Positions 54,401-64,000 of a stretch of DNA of 64,000 nt are shown here, one piece after another. Made by a program: the position numbers and the translations under genes. The stretch lies in contig JAQGDQ010000610.1 in NCBI GenBank assembly GCA_030141605.1, positions 64,639-128,638 of the forward strand, read 5' to 3'. Under the pieces are notes generated by a model. The model saw nothing but the letters and a program-made list of their open reading frames with translations, searched no databases and had not been told where the DNA came from. Position 1 is the first letter of the stretch. The number at the start of each line of letters is the position of its first letter. Origin of the DNA: Tubiluchus corallicola. Lineage: Eukaryota > Animalia > Priapulida.

Positions 54401-57400
54401 TGTTTAACGAGGGTCGGCTGTACTCAGTTTTTGTATCGAATAAATTAATTCCTGTCAAGTACAGAGTTGTACATAACCACTTACTGGGGGGTGACGTAGA
54501 AGGGGAGGGGAAGAGCGGCACAGAACAATTTGTTGCATCAAAGTAATCTTCAAACAAGTGCAAATCTTTCATGCTCTCAATATTTAGTATGCATGCCTCC
54601 GATGTCTCCCACAGCCTGCAATCAACAAGGGAGTGATCGGAGAAGCGACCTCAAAGGCAGTGGCGTCGTGCTATAGGGCAGGCCGGGGGGGGGGGGGGCC
54701 GGGGCCCAATTTTTTAGAAAATGTCAAAAATTTTAAGGGTGTCAGCGGCTTGTAGTGAGACCAATAAGGTGTAAATTTTTGAGGAACGGTGAAATCTCCC
54801 ACTGTAGGCATGATATGCAATTATATATACACAATTACACATAGGTATGATTATTGATTGAATCTAATGTCTAATTGTTGCATTGATTATCCTCTGCTCT
54901 CGTGGCTATGCCACTAGGTAATTGGCCATTAGCCCTTTGCACTGGGCCAATGATATTGCTTCCCCCTTTCCTATATAAACACTTGCAGTGTTAGCTGGAT
55001 TAGAAAGCCGATTGTCTCTGATTAAATTGTGATGCGTCTCCTTACACTTAGAAAAAAATTAGTCATTATCAACAGTCAAGCCTGGTCAATTGAGAAAAAA
55101 ATTAGTCATTACCAACAGTCAAGCCTGGTCAATTGTCGGTGAGTGCATACCTACAGTATGTTGCAATAAATCTTAGACAGATTGGAAATCTATGTTTTCT
55201 TTTAGAAGCTGTAGATTTTGTAAAACCCAAGATTGAAAATGATTGAAAATGCGAGGAAATATGTTGATTATTTTTTAGTTATAAAATAGGAATTTCCACG
55301 TGATTCAATATTTCTTAAGCGATGTCAAGGCAGTCCAACCTGACTTCATTTTTCAAGTCCAACCGTGTTCCCGACCCAGGTTCTACGGCCACAACACTCA
55401 TCCCTGTATCCAGCGCGTCTGTGTCTACTGTAACGTCGGCCAGCCAGTCTGAAGCCCCTAAAGGCAACACGTCCTCTTGCACAAATCTTCTGATTCCAAC
55501 AGAACGAATCCAAAAGGATAATTTTTAATTTTAATTAAGTTTCTGTTATACGTTTTTAAACAGTTAAGTTCCGCCATTATATACAGTCAGGCCCCACTAA
55601 TTTGTTTTGGTGCACGACGCCCCTGTCAAAACACCGGGATTAATTTTTCCAGTTGAACTGAATCGCCTGGAAATTCAGTGGACATCAGCCTCGCCAAACA
55701 CGCTGGAGCCATCCCGAAGGTCCTAGGACATGCCTTCGATCAGCATTTAAAGGACAAGAAAAGGGGTGTCTGCAGTAGATTTCAGAAAAATCGCCCGAAA
55801 AATTATATTACTTTATAGCAATTTTATGCGTATATCGTACTCGCTGTTGAAAGGACAATTGACGGTACTGTATATATACTCTTATATCATGATACAGTGC
55901 AGAAATAGAGGCCTTGTGTGTACATATTATGCAAATAAAGATTATCATCGTCATCAAATTGCATTAATATAACATCAGAACACATTACCATGTACGGGCC
56001 ATCTGACGGAACCGAATACAGCCAAGAGATAGTGTAATGATTTCTCACCTATAGAAAACATTGTAAAGTGAATCAAAATTTATTAAACTTACAGCAAGGA
56101 ATGTAAAAGACATATTTAGACTTTTTGTTAATTGGCAGCAACATCAACACAACATGTGAGCCATGATAAGATTTGTTAACACTTTCTCAAAATCATCACA
56201 CAAAGGATTAGTGCAGCTTAACCCTTATAGAGTCACCGGGGGGTAAAAAATTACCCCCAGACTGGTTTTTTGCATTTTACCCTTTTACCATATGCATCCC
56301 AGTAAACCTTTTCTATGACTTTTTCTAAATGTTTTGTGCACAAAATACTTTCAGTTATTTATTTTAGGCGCATTGTCTCACCATGAAATAAAAGTGAAAA
56401 TGCAATATGTCAATTTTTTAAAATTGTTGAAACTTTACTTTGCCTGTCTATACATTATACGGGCAATATAACAAAATGTCAGACATTTTGTGGCCATGTC
56501 CACCTAAAAGAAGAAAGTAGTAGACAATAAATTCAAAATAACAATGATTTTTGCACGCGTGCTAGCAATGTCGGTTGTCTACAGTTATTCCAGCATAGAT
56601 AAGGGAACATAACTAAGTGAATTTAAATTTCGTATTACTAGTAAGTCACATGTCTTTAAGTAGAGGTATAATGTATCCTATGGTGGTCAGCATTATGCTG
56701 TTGCTGCTTACTAATGAAACATTGCGGTTTATCAAAAGTAATTTACAAATTATGGTGGGGGTAATTTTTTACCACCCGGTTACCAAAATCGGTTGTAAAA
56801 ATTGTGACCCTATAAGAGTTAAGATATAGCTGCCCAAAGGAAAGCTTGAACTCCGTAAGATTCCAAGATGCACTATTTAGTAATGGTAAACATGAATACT
56901 GTGTATGAATTATGCAAAATTATACGTGTGCTGTAACACTGAGCAAAATCTTAACAACAAGTGGAATTACTATTACACACATATCTCTGTTTGTCGGACA
57001 AAAGCAGAGAGACGTCAATCCAAGTTTAACGATTATCTGTATTTACTGACAGTAAGCTAATATAATAGGTACTGTGTATAAGACTCACGGTAAAATAGAA
57101 TCAATCGTTTAATTGTCTCATATGGGCCGCTCCTATGCAAAAGTATATAAAAACTTTCGGCAATGGACATAACTCTGCACAATTGACTCTATATTTTTCT
57201 GCACATGCTTAAATAAGACCATTTACGACCATTCATGATTGACCATTTATCATGTATGAGGTTTTACTATTTTTATGTCATCTTACTTCGCTTTCGTGTG
57301 CTATATTATATGTAGAAACCATCGCATTAAGCACAGTCATTACACGCTGCTGATGTAATCATGTAAACAAAGTGAAGGCCCGCCAACTAGCGGTCAGCTC

Positions 57401-60400
57401 GCGAAACAATGGACTGTGTCCATAGTATGCGGGACTTTTTAACGGTCCAGATATTCGTGAAAGCGAGGTCTGGCAAACCAAGATATGAGCGTAATTACGG
57501 CTTGCAAACACTGATGCCTGAGTCGCTACGGCGCTTGTACATGGATCGACAGGTTTGAGGTTCGAAGTCGAGGTTCGAATCCCGTTCTTGTCTGGGTTTT
57601 TCGAGCCACTGACCACGCCAGCAGCCTTCCTAGATTTACTCGGTCTTAAATGAATACCTAGAGTCACGTTTTCAAGCAAGGAAGTGACGGGCTAGCCGAC
57701 AGCCTTGTTTATGTTCCGGGTGTTGGTAAACAGGTGTAATAATCTATTCCTACACTCTATTAGGCCTAGACGCACGGGTACATGCTGCTTCATCTTCTTC
57801 CATAGTGCATAATAAGCTCGTTTATCAAAAACCCAGGGATGAGAATGACAAATTGCAAAAAACACTGAAACAGGTCGGGGTTTTTGGGGCCGCCTAGACC
57901 CCCAATGGGGTTGAGGGGGAAAGCCAGCAACAAATTGCAATCTTGTGACCATAGAGAACCTCTCTAAGTGGACTTAAAATATCAATTACCTTGTTTCATG
58001 CATAATTTAAAATACCCAACTATCAAGGATACATGATAATTAATTGTCTCAAAAACGCCAAAGTACTGGCCGCTCCTATGCAAAAGTATATAAAAACTGT
58101 CTGCAATTGACTCGAATAACTCTTTATACATAGAGATATTCACCTGGTTACACTGAAGTACGTGATGTAAACAAAGTGACGGCCTGCCAACTACCGGTCA
58201 GCTTGTGAAATAATGTACTGGGTCCGTAAAAATTTTCTCAACGAATTCACACGATTTACAAAAATGGCACTACTGGTCTATCGAAAACCGTGATCATCAA
58301 CTGCATCACAACACTCGTGCGGCCAAATTTACTTACCGACCAATCTAAACTATGAGAAATTAGCTCGATGTTCAAAGTATTCTTGCCTACAATTGCAAAT
58401 TGTACAATAGATTCTGATATTTCCACATTGTCGACTTTTACCGATTTGACGCTAGCCTGCACTTGTCCAGTATTAACAGTGAAATTTACTTGCCCCAACA
58501 CGTATCCTGCAATGTGATATCAACAAAATCATTAGAAATTCATAGAGACTATAGCGCAACGTACCAATTACATGTTCTAGCAAAACCCGACAAGTTTTGC
58601 TTACTGTGACTTTTGCATCGCTCTTTGCCAAGCTCACAGACTAGTTTCGGTCAATGCGTAACTTTTGCCTATCCCTTTCAATTCTGTCTTTCACTCTCAT
58701 TCCCTCCCCCTCTCTTTTTCCTCTTGAAGTAGAGTGTGACATTAACATTGGTTATCGCAACTATGTTCTACCTCGAAAACACATTGGTGACTCTCTCTCT
58801 CTCTCTCTGTCTCTCCCCCCCCCCCCCATTCATCAGTGTTGTTGTCCGACTCATGTGGAAAATACATGTTAAGTGGAGTCAAGCTCATTAATTTACTCCC
58901 ATTATAAAGTTCCATTATTCTGTATTCATTGTCAAAGATAAGTGTTTTTTATATCTGCATTAATAGATTTTCTCCACCATACAGCCAGACCTTCCCGAGG
59001 CCTGCCTGTCTGTATACCAGCACTATGATCTGTTACTGACATGCCTGCTCCATAGAAGTCTCAATGCAGAGTAGCCAGTATGTCAAGTTATTGCTTTGGT
59101 AGCATCATTTCTTGCAACAGGACTATATCACTGGATTCACAAATGCTGTTTATAACCTGTCTAGATTCAGGATGTTTTAATGAATTACAGTTGTAGCTCA
59201 CTAAACGAATTTTATTCTCCTGTTTCATCATCGTCATTATCTGTATCAACTGACAATAACGAGCATGGTTGCTCCTGGAGTTCAGAATTTAAGTTACATG
59301 TAGTTCTATTCCAGTTAGGGGCAGCCCTAGACGAAGCTTGCAATGATGTCGTAGATTTTGCTTTGTTATTAGCATATACCTTACCAGATGTGTAAAACCG
59401 CTTTAATAATATTCCAGAAGGCCATATCTCAGAATTCATAATTAGATTTCGTTCACCATCTCCAAAGCAATTTATGACAAATGATGTATATGTATCGTAT
59501 TTTGTTTTTAATTGCTCAGCCTCAACAGTTATTGCACAATTGTCAGTAAGAAATTGTTCAACTTCCCACGCTTGGGTGTTTGGATGCAGGCGCGTGACAA
59601 AAATTCTTCTCCTAAGTTTGCTAGCCCAGATGTGTAAGCTTTGCCTATTGCAACACCTGTGACAATGCGCTTAGCGTTTGAGCTGCCTTACCACAGCGAC
59701 GATCTCTGGTCACAGTGATGAAACCCTCGTTATCTTTTGTCTTATTTGTAACTTTGTTTTGACTTTCTGTGTCATCAACGCTAGCTTTTGTTGATACGGT
59801 TTACAATGAGGTTTGTTTCTGAGAGCTTCAGTGAAGTTAATTTTACGTGATGTAGCTGAATATCTAGGTAAATGTGTTTGTAATGCCTCATCTAGGTCGC
59901 TTTTTGAGACCGTGTTAGGCTTTAAGACAGGCAATATCTTGTTGCATAATCTGAAGCTGCTTCATCAGGACAGTGATGTCAACTGATTTAAGAGACATGG
60001 GTGGCACTTGTTGTGTTATATAATGTAATACGTGTTATGTTAGTTTTGTAATGTCAAATATATAAAAAGTGTAAATGTAATGAGTGAAATTTATGTAATG
60101 TAAAGCATGTTTCAGTTAATTGTGTCATGTCAAATGTATATATAGTGTAAAATATGTCATGTAAAATTTAGCGTACTTTTGTAAAATTGTTTTGTAAAAA
60201 TATTTTAATATGGTGTTTGTAATTACGTTCATTTATTGGGTATAATTAGGCCTTAGTATTGCACTTTAGTTTTTTTTAGTCTGCACTGGACGCATTTGTC
60301 TTGAACAGTGTTGTAATCTTAGCATTACACTGAGGCTTAGTCAATTTTATTATAATGAGTGAACCATTTTAATGACAAATAAAGAATTAATAATAATAAT

Positions 60401-62011
60401 AATGATAAAAAAACTGCAGCAAATCTAAGTGTGGCATCCTATTAAAAATTGGACCATATTGCATCAGTTTGACGATATCTGTAGCCATGGCCTTGTGTTT
60501 TGTATGCCAAATTCTATTCTTAGTGAACTCGGGTCTGTCAGTAATACTAGACGGAATAAGACTTAAAAGCAATGTTTTCGACTCCTCAAGTTGCTCTTCT
60601 GTATAAAAGTCATATATGACCGCTGACAGATCATCAAATGGAACCCCAGCGTCAAGCTATGCATAAGTTTGACTTTTTCACCATTGATCTGATCAGATTC
60701 TATGGATGAATTTTGCGAAGCGACAGAGTCTATTTGACTAGATGTGATGATGTTCGTCCTTCGAATCGAAGATGACCATAGTGACAGGGATAAAAGGTCA
60801 GTTTGGGGGGTTGTCCACAGGACTTTGAATTTTTGGTGGTGACCTGTCATCATGACTTGTGCGTGACTTGGTTTAAAGTGAGGGAGGGATTGCACCAGGT
60901 CGTCAGCCTCACTCTCTCCACGCCAGAAGTATGATCCATCATGGGAAAGGCAGAGCCCGTACATCTGTTACTTCAGGCGTCGCAGGAATTGTCGGTGCTA
61001 TGGTGCTATGCAACATGATCAGCCTATAGGGACTCCAGCTCCGGATTTTTCCTTGGGGTTTACTCCCGAAGCCTTTCTCAAGGAGGGTATAACCACAAGG
61101 CAGTGGAGGTTTGTGATCAGTGTTTTCCTTCACCTAGATGGATTGACTAGATGTCACTACAATCTACAGCCTATTTCCTACTAGTCCTGCACTTTTGGCA
61201 TATAATCAAGTTCACAGAAGCTGAACGAGGAACTGCATCCGCATACTTATGTCGGCACAATATGCACGTTGACGGGGCCACTCAAGCAGACAGGTATTCT
61301 TCCTACGCTACCAATGTCCCTTAATCAGCTCTATTGTTCACACAGAAGACACACAGGCACCTCTTCGTGTAATGTAGCTTATTTTATATAAATAAGTTTG
61401 TCTCATCTCTGTTTTATCTGTCTTTCTTTCTCTTACTCTTTCTCTCACTTTCCCTCCTCCACCCTCCCACTCTCTATCTCTCTCTTTGTAACCTCCGCCT
61501 CCCTTAGTCCCTCCTCTTTCTTCACTGATCTCTCTCACTTTGTATGTGTGTATCGACACGCACATAGACAGCTACATGCCTTGCATTTTGCTGCAATATT
61601 GGCAGACAGATGCCCAGTGCTTATGATACGTCAAAAGAAGGTCAGACCACAAATGCCAATACGGGAACTAGAAGAATTCAAGAAGAATATATAGAACAGA
61701 ACGTAAGTTCATAATGTGTTTAGCGAGCCGTTACAAAAAGGTTTGAAAACTATCAATGCGTCCCCGTTTATGAAACATTAAATTCAGAGCAACTGACGTA
61801 CGAAATCGAAAAAGCATTGCGCGTTTCTGATTCAGTCATCACTAGCGAAATGTTAAACCCGGCGTCAATTTAGCTTACCAGCTGTTTCGTTTTCGAGCAC
61901 TTGCAAACTGCGAGCGTTACGTTCGTTGACAATAGTCACAACAGCGGTGACATAATGACAAGATGCTATGAGAAACGCTAACACGAGCATTAGAACAGGT
62001 GAACTCCTCAT
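21244..62011 (-). CDS. Cadherin-related protein (non-classical, CDHR/Cad86C/Cad87A-like), 6 EC repeats plus TM, 19 coding exons, about 835 aa
   Basis: Exons 62011-61879, 58506-58337, 56048-55989, 53962-53867, 51571-51479, 50875-50753, 48843-48679, 45473-45386, 42792-42674, 40551-40348, 38369-38181, 37025-36793, 33142-33040, 31992-31846, 30272-30158, 28658-28519, 25437-25383, 24034-23938 and 21421-21244 are all GT-AG and phase-consistent (2508 nt). Linkers DINNNAP, DIPNKPP, DINDNAP, DTNDNFP and DLNNNAP; AxDxD and LDY/LDK motifs; signal peptide; TM LVAGTALLCTMIVGVLIFGFHVF followed by RKWK. The subfamily call rests on motif resemblance only. Confidence 0.88.
21513..22140. repeat. Abundant dispersed repeat family (also about 26900-27716, 35960-36645, 43480-44105, 49835-50390)
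   Basis: Shared core gatcattttgataccaag...ctaagctgagataatccacgttgaagttgaggtgcaggct recurs in both orientations; ttaa|aggaaagg terminus. Confidence 0.75.
22495..22780 (-). mobile_element. LINE 3' fragment (CR1/L2-like)
   Basis: YLYSYFRAIRLSNKLP resembles the SFFPRTIRxWNxLP tail motif. Confidence 0.55.
23042..23742. mobile_element. Tigger-like MITE
   Basis: ta|cagtaagtcctcg ... cgaggacttact; related copy at 30439-31135. Confidence 0.72.
23938..24034 (-). CDS. Cadherin exon 18 (transmembrane)
   Basis: GLVAGTALLCTMIVGVLIFGFHVFRKWKSIAK; tttcag acceptor, gtaagc donor, phase 1 to 2. Confidence 0.82.
24178..25335. repeat. Tandem array, 78-bp unit, about 15 copies
   Basis: tacaagaagtaacacaccacaatgaattgcacaacctgcactattatatagacatataacaaacaagtacgattacta. 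Confidence 0.97.
25383..25437 (-). CDS. Cadherin exon 17 (juxtamembrane)
   Basis: KDVEEFATRIKKANKLIT; tttttag acceptor, gtaaca donor, phase 0 to 1 bridges exons 16 and 18. Confidence 0.75.
25543..26088. mobile_element. Kolobok-like MITE (same family as 4702-5244)
   Basis: ttaa|aggaaaaccggacgattg ... ccggttttccg|ttaa. Confidence 0.75.
28519..28658 (-). CDS. Cadherin exon 16
   Basis: FTVIAIDHGDPPLNGTT. Confidence 0.9.
28712..29320. repeat. Long inverted repeat, arms about 260 bp, spacer about 95 bp
   Basis: 28712-28971 is the reverse complement of 29067-29320 with scattered mismatches. Confidence 0.92.
29620..30145. repeat. Tandem array, about 131-140-bp unit, about 4 copies
   Basis: tatgtacacaataattgtcc recurs at 29711, 29842, 29981 and 30121. 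Confidence 0.92.
30158..30272 (-). CDS. Cadherin exon 15
   Basis: ATDLDEPPNSDLSY...FSVNETSG. Confidence 0.88.
30439..31135. mobile_element. Tigger-like MITE
   Basis: ta|cagtaagtcctc ... gaggacttgctg|ta. Confidence 0.75.
31325..31670. mobile_element. Tc1/mariner-pogo-type MITE (internally deleted copy)
   Basis: ta|cagtcaagctcg ... cgaggttgactg|ta. Confidence 0.78.
31846..31992 (-). CDS. Cadherin exon 14
   Basis: GNGNR...VMDLNNNAPKF. Confidence 0.9.
32330..32620 (-). mobile_element. LINE reverse-transcriptase C-terminal fragment (RTE-like)
   Basis: IDAFQRNILGIRCPKKISNKDLYE...IKRRCLRWIGH. Confidence 0.7.
33040..33142 (-). CDS. Cadherin exon 13
   Basis: FRLDERTGALTTVGELIREE...AID. Confidence 0.9.
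33350..34169. mobile_element. Tigger/pogo-type non-autonomous element
   Basis: ta|cagtctaacctcgttatctcgcc ... ggcgagataacgaggttagactg|ta, perfect 23-bp TIR. Confidence 0.85.
34802..35364 (-). mobile_element. 5S rRNA-derived SINE (SINE3-type), full length
   Basis: 5S head at 35364-35247, about 440-nt GC-rich body, (CAA)n tail, 11-bp TSD taatccacatt at 34791-34801 and 35365-35375. Confidence 0.85.
35247..35364 (-). pseudogene. 5S rRNA-derived sequence (SINE head)
   Basis: Reverse complement ctacagccatatcacc...gttaagca...ggttagtacttggatgggtgacc...gaataccaggtgctgtaggctt with box A and box C; no oligo-T terminator follows. Confidence 0.8.
36793..37025 (-). CDS. Cadherin exon 12
   Basis: IIDTNDNFPQF...IPEGSPSGT...ANDADSG. 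Confidence 0.93.
38181..38369 (-). CDS. Cadherin exon 11
   Basis: GENGTF...VLNRDLLDYQ. Confidence 0.9.
38505..40308. repeat. Tandem array, 41-bp unit, about 44 copies
   Basis: ttgacaggattgagttctgacattggtttttaagcaagtaa. Confidence 0.97.
40348..40551 (-). CDS. Cadherin exon 10
   Basis: VIVLDINDNAPAF...IIENSP...AFDYDQ. Confidence 0.92.
41520..42013. mobile_element. hAT MITE
   Basis: TIR cagggatgagaat / attctcatccctg, perfect 8-bp TSD gtgtaccc; truncated copy at about 57834-58290. Confidence 0.88.
42030..42404 (-). mobile_element. Tigger (TIGD1-like) 5' remnant with N-terminal HTH coding sequence
   Basis: MGPKKAS...KKKRMMSMETKLEIIAKYESGVPLSAISREYGRNR resembles the CENP-B/Tigger HTH; TIR ta|cagtggaacctcgacttacgaa on - strand. 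Confidence 0.75.
42674..42792 (-). CDS. Cadherin exon 9
   Basis: YFSIDPNDGRITIAKELDKE. Confidence 0.9.
44272..45412. repeat. Tandem array, 52-bp unit, about 22 copies, overlapping cadherin exon 8 and its donor
   Basis: gtctagacattacctggctcagcacaaacaatactgtacgagtagtcaaggc. Confidence 0.97.
45386..45473 (-). CDS. Cadherin exon 8
   Basis: GTEFFKVKANDQDTGHPLPLVYSIVSAEP; phase 0 to 1; its 3' end matches the unit of the 52-bp array. Confidence 0.88.
45915..45982 (-). mobile_element. tRNA-derived SINE head, degenerate
   Basis: Reverse complement ggtagctcatctggc...ggttcaaatcc (A-box and B-box like). Confidence 0.45.
46309..47688. repeat. Tandem array, 29/30-bp unit, about 46 copies
   Basis: ataagtgccaaagctccggggagaccacac. 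Confidence 0.97.
48679..48843 (-). CDS. Cadherin exon 7
   Basis: DGG...VYVKDIPNKPPWF...VEE. Confidence 0.9.
48925..49470. repeat. AT-rich array of interleaved 12-mer gtatattactaa and 13-mer gtatattacgtat
   Basis: Directly visible; followed by a roughly 245-bp direct duplication (about 49400-49600 and 49645-49830). Confidence 0.9.
50753..50875 (-). CDS. Cadherin exon 6
   Basis: VYLNKQLDYQE. Confidence 0.85.
50917..51185. mobile_element. Truncated Kolobok-like MITE
   Basis: ttaa|aggaaaaccggatgattgtgt, colinear with 4702-4970. Confidence 0.7.
51479..51571 (-). CDS. Cadherin exon 5
   Basis: ADPVGTLVFQARATDID. Confidence 0.85.
52380..52545 (-). mobile_element. LINE 3' fragment (L2/CR1-like)
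   Basis: TNIMKHSVMYNGAVMWNNLPSKIK. Confidence 0.55.
53181..53658. mobile_element. Tc1/mariner-pogo-type MITE
   Basis: ta|cagtcaacctcgg ... ccgaggttgactg|ta. Confidence 0.8.
53867..53962 (-). CDS. Cadherin exon 4
   Basis: LRVKDINNNAPVW. Confidence 0.88.
53996..54420. mobile_element. pogo-type MITE, degenerate
   Basis: ta|cagtcaacactcgtcaaac ... gtttaacgagggtcggctg|ta. Confidence 0.6.
54658..55625 (+). mobile_element. hAT-like non-autonomous element
   Basis: TIR cagtggcgtcgtgc / gcacgacgcccctg; ORF start MSRQSNLTSFFK resembles hAT transposase N-termini; TSD unclear. Confidence 0.6.
55989..56048 (-). CDS. Cadherin exon 3
   Basis: VRNHYTISWLYSVPSDGPYM; ttctatag acceptor, gtaatg donor, phase 0 to 0. 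Confidence 0.65.
56222..56818. mobile_element. piggyBac-like MITE (second copy)
   Basis: TTAA flanks, TIR cccttatagagtcac / gtgaccctataagag; colinear with 3144-3775. Confidence 0.8.
57510..57700 (+). mobile_element. tRNA-derived SINE fragment
   Basis: B-box ggttcgaatccc followed by SINE-body-like aaatgaatacctag; no cloverleaf. Confidence 0.45.
57834..58290. mobile_element. hAT MITE, truncated copy of 41520-42013
   Basis: Colinear sequence starting cagggatgagaatgacaaattgc. Confidence 0.75.
58337..58506 (-). CDS. Cadherin exon 2 (EC1)
   Basis: GYVLGQVNF...SLDWS; ttgcag acceptor, gtaagt donor. Confidence 0.75.
58840..59990 (-). mobile_element. CR1/L2-group LINE remnant: ORF1 C-terminal part and APE endonuclease N-terminus
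   Basis: RIFVTRLHPNT...LKTKYDTYTSF...NSEIWPSGILLKRFY (ORF1-like), then SYNCNSLK...DIVLLQE...GRPREGLAVWWRK with in-frame stops. Confidence 0.75.
60400..61150 (-). mobile_element. Probable RTE-type LINE 5' region, decayed
   Basis: gaaggaaaacactgatcacaaacc...ggagtaaacccc resembles RTE 5' leader sequences; broken ORFs follow. Confidence 0.4.
61879..62011 (-). CDS. Cadherin exon 1 (signal peptide MRSSPVLMLVLAFLIASCHYVTA)
   Basis: Hydrophobic leader, gtaagc donor, phase 1. Confidence 0.75.
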
Positions 62012-64000
62012 CACATTTTACGAATGAGAAACGGTAAACTATAAAAAAACATAAGTGCATTATTAATTTCTACAAATAATTGAATTCATTCTTAAAACCG
62101 ATAAAGAAAGATTTTTAGGAAACAAAAGAACGATTAACATCCACGGAGGGACGCAGTTTGTATATCTACTTCATCGCTATGTCAGAATTGACTTGAATTT
62201 GTTTAGACACGTCACGAACCATAAGCAAAGAAAGAATCATATCGGTACACTTTAAATTCATTAAATTTTGCATTATAATGTGCTTTTTGTGAAGGTAAAT
62301 CACGTTACCTTTTGAAAACTTCATTTACTTTAACCCTCAGCTGACCAGAAGTTATGATTTCCAAGTAAAAGGAATTAGCAATTATTAATAATAATTAAGA
62401 AATCAATTATTCTCGGTGCTCAGGAATATTTCTATTTTTGATTTTAAGATGTACTGCATTTACAATACTAAACACAATACAGAAATACCTGAACTAAGGC
62501 TTGCACTGTAGCAGGTGCTTATCGGTTGGCGGGCGAACCCCACACAACCCCCTTGGCAAAGATAACCAAATTCGGATGCTGAAAATCCAGCAAAGGAACT
62601 TTGTGGGGCTTGTCAACCTCCTAAGCACCTAATACTACACAGGCTTTAGTTCTTAAGTTCTTTCCTTAACATGGACGCACTTAGGGTTCATGAAAAACAT
62701 TGGAAAGTACAAATATTATAATAAAACTAGTAGTGCAGCTTCAGCATGTACTTTTTAGCTTTCGTAAAAAATATTGGCTTCATTAAGCATAGTTATCTTG
62801 AAGCCCTCAAGCTCTCCTTAGAAAGGTTTAAATTTGGAGCACTGACAACACTCTCTGGTAAATCATTGCTTATTATTAGCCAAGCTTTAACTTATGATTA
62901 CACTAAAATGGAAAACCCTTATTCAGCTTGTTTTAGTCATCTTGAATGCTGGAAAAACAAAAAACGAAAACATTTCACGATGCAAAAGACTGTTTGCTGA
63001 TCACGTGATCTTTTCGCAATAACAGAAACCTTGCACAACGTGCAACTTTAGCGCACAACTACATAAACGCGCTATCACACCGGGCCTTTGAATGCTGCAG
63101 AGCTGAGTCTGACTCTAAGTGACCAGCGGAATTGAAATTTATGGTGAATTAGTACCTAGTAACTGTTACTAATGAGTAATGACCTATGGTAAGAATAATT
63201 TTTTTGCTAAACTAACTTTGAACTAGGTTAAGAATATTTTTTCTTAAAGTAAGCTGCATTGCATACAGCATATATTAGGTGAAATAATTAAGAAAAATAC
63301 CAGTATTGTGTCCATTTTACACTGTAGCATGATTTCTGCTGTGTTACACGATCATGATAAATACAGTGGTTTGTCAATGAAGCACAATATTTCAAGATTG
63401 TTTATTTCATAAAACATATATTGCATTATTGAATAATTACATTATCATAGTTGCAAGGCTATACTTCAGTTAATAATGTAAATTACTGGAAAAGTGTAAA
63501 AAACACAGTACTTTATTTTGTTGTACTAATTACATATTAGGTCTACGTCTTGTACCGTTTTCTAAGTATGTGCTTAAACTGCAATGAAGATTTACAAGAT
63601 ATTATGCCGTCTTATTAAAAATACATGTACTAAATGTTGCAAGATATTGGTGACTGAAATTGTATTAGCGATCACTTACTAGGTTAACATCTCTTTGCAA
63701 TGTGTGTTACTGATATAAAAAAGAAAGAAAACAAAAACTACAAAGCGAAATGCAAAAGCGTTACATGAGATTCAAAAGCAGAGCTTGTGCAAATGTCACT
63801 CAGATGAAATTTTTGGTAACAAAGATAATTATTCAAAGTAATGTTATAAAGTAATGAGCATGTAAGAGAGCTCATGATACAATGAATAAACGCCTATAAT
63901 TATTTGGCAGATGTAATAAGCCAAAAGAAAGGTAACTTATAAACCACTGAACTAAGAAATCTTTATAACTAATCTACTATCTACTATTATATTAATATTC

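Noticed and set aside
63000-63200. First exon of a further + strand gene (CACGTG, atg|gtaag near 63188)
   Set aside because: No coding or downstream exon support within the window.

Overview
AT-rich, intron- and transposon-rich eukaryotic DNA, almost certainly an invertebrate animal; the species cannot be established from sequence alone. Three protein-coding genes were rebuilt by hand from phase-consistent GT-AG exons: IFT27 (+, five exons, first exon apparently upstream of the window), MRPS2 (-, three coding exons, about 284 aa) and a 19-exon, roughly 835-aa cadherin-related protein (-, 62011 to 21244; signal peptide, six EC repeats, one TM segment, short tail). Introns and intergenic DNA hold many MITEs (TTAA/Kolobok-like, piggyBac-like, Tc1/mariner-pogo-like, hAT-like), LINE remnants, a full-length 5S-derived SINE with target-site duplication, long hairpins and seven tandem arrays plus a compound microsatellite. 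The most unusual signal is how repeats are tied to the cadherin's splice sites. A 52-bp array is built from the end of exon 8 plus its donor, giving about 21 extra back-to-back GT...AG units. Three more arrays start within about 50 nt of donors. A 78-bp array has a single open frame that continues exon 17 into about 15 hydrophobic helix-length repeats. An inverted copy of the terminal splice acceptor lies two introns upstream. All functional interpretations are hypotheses that need RNA data.
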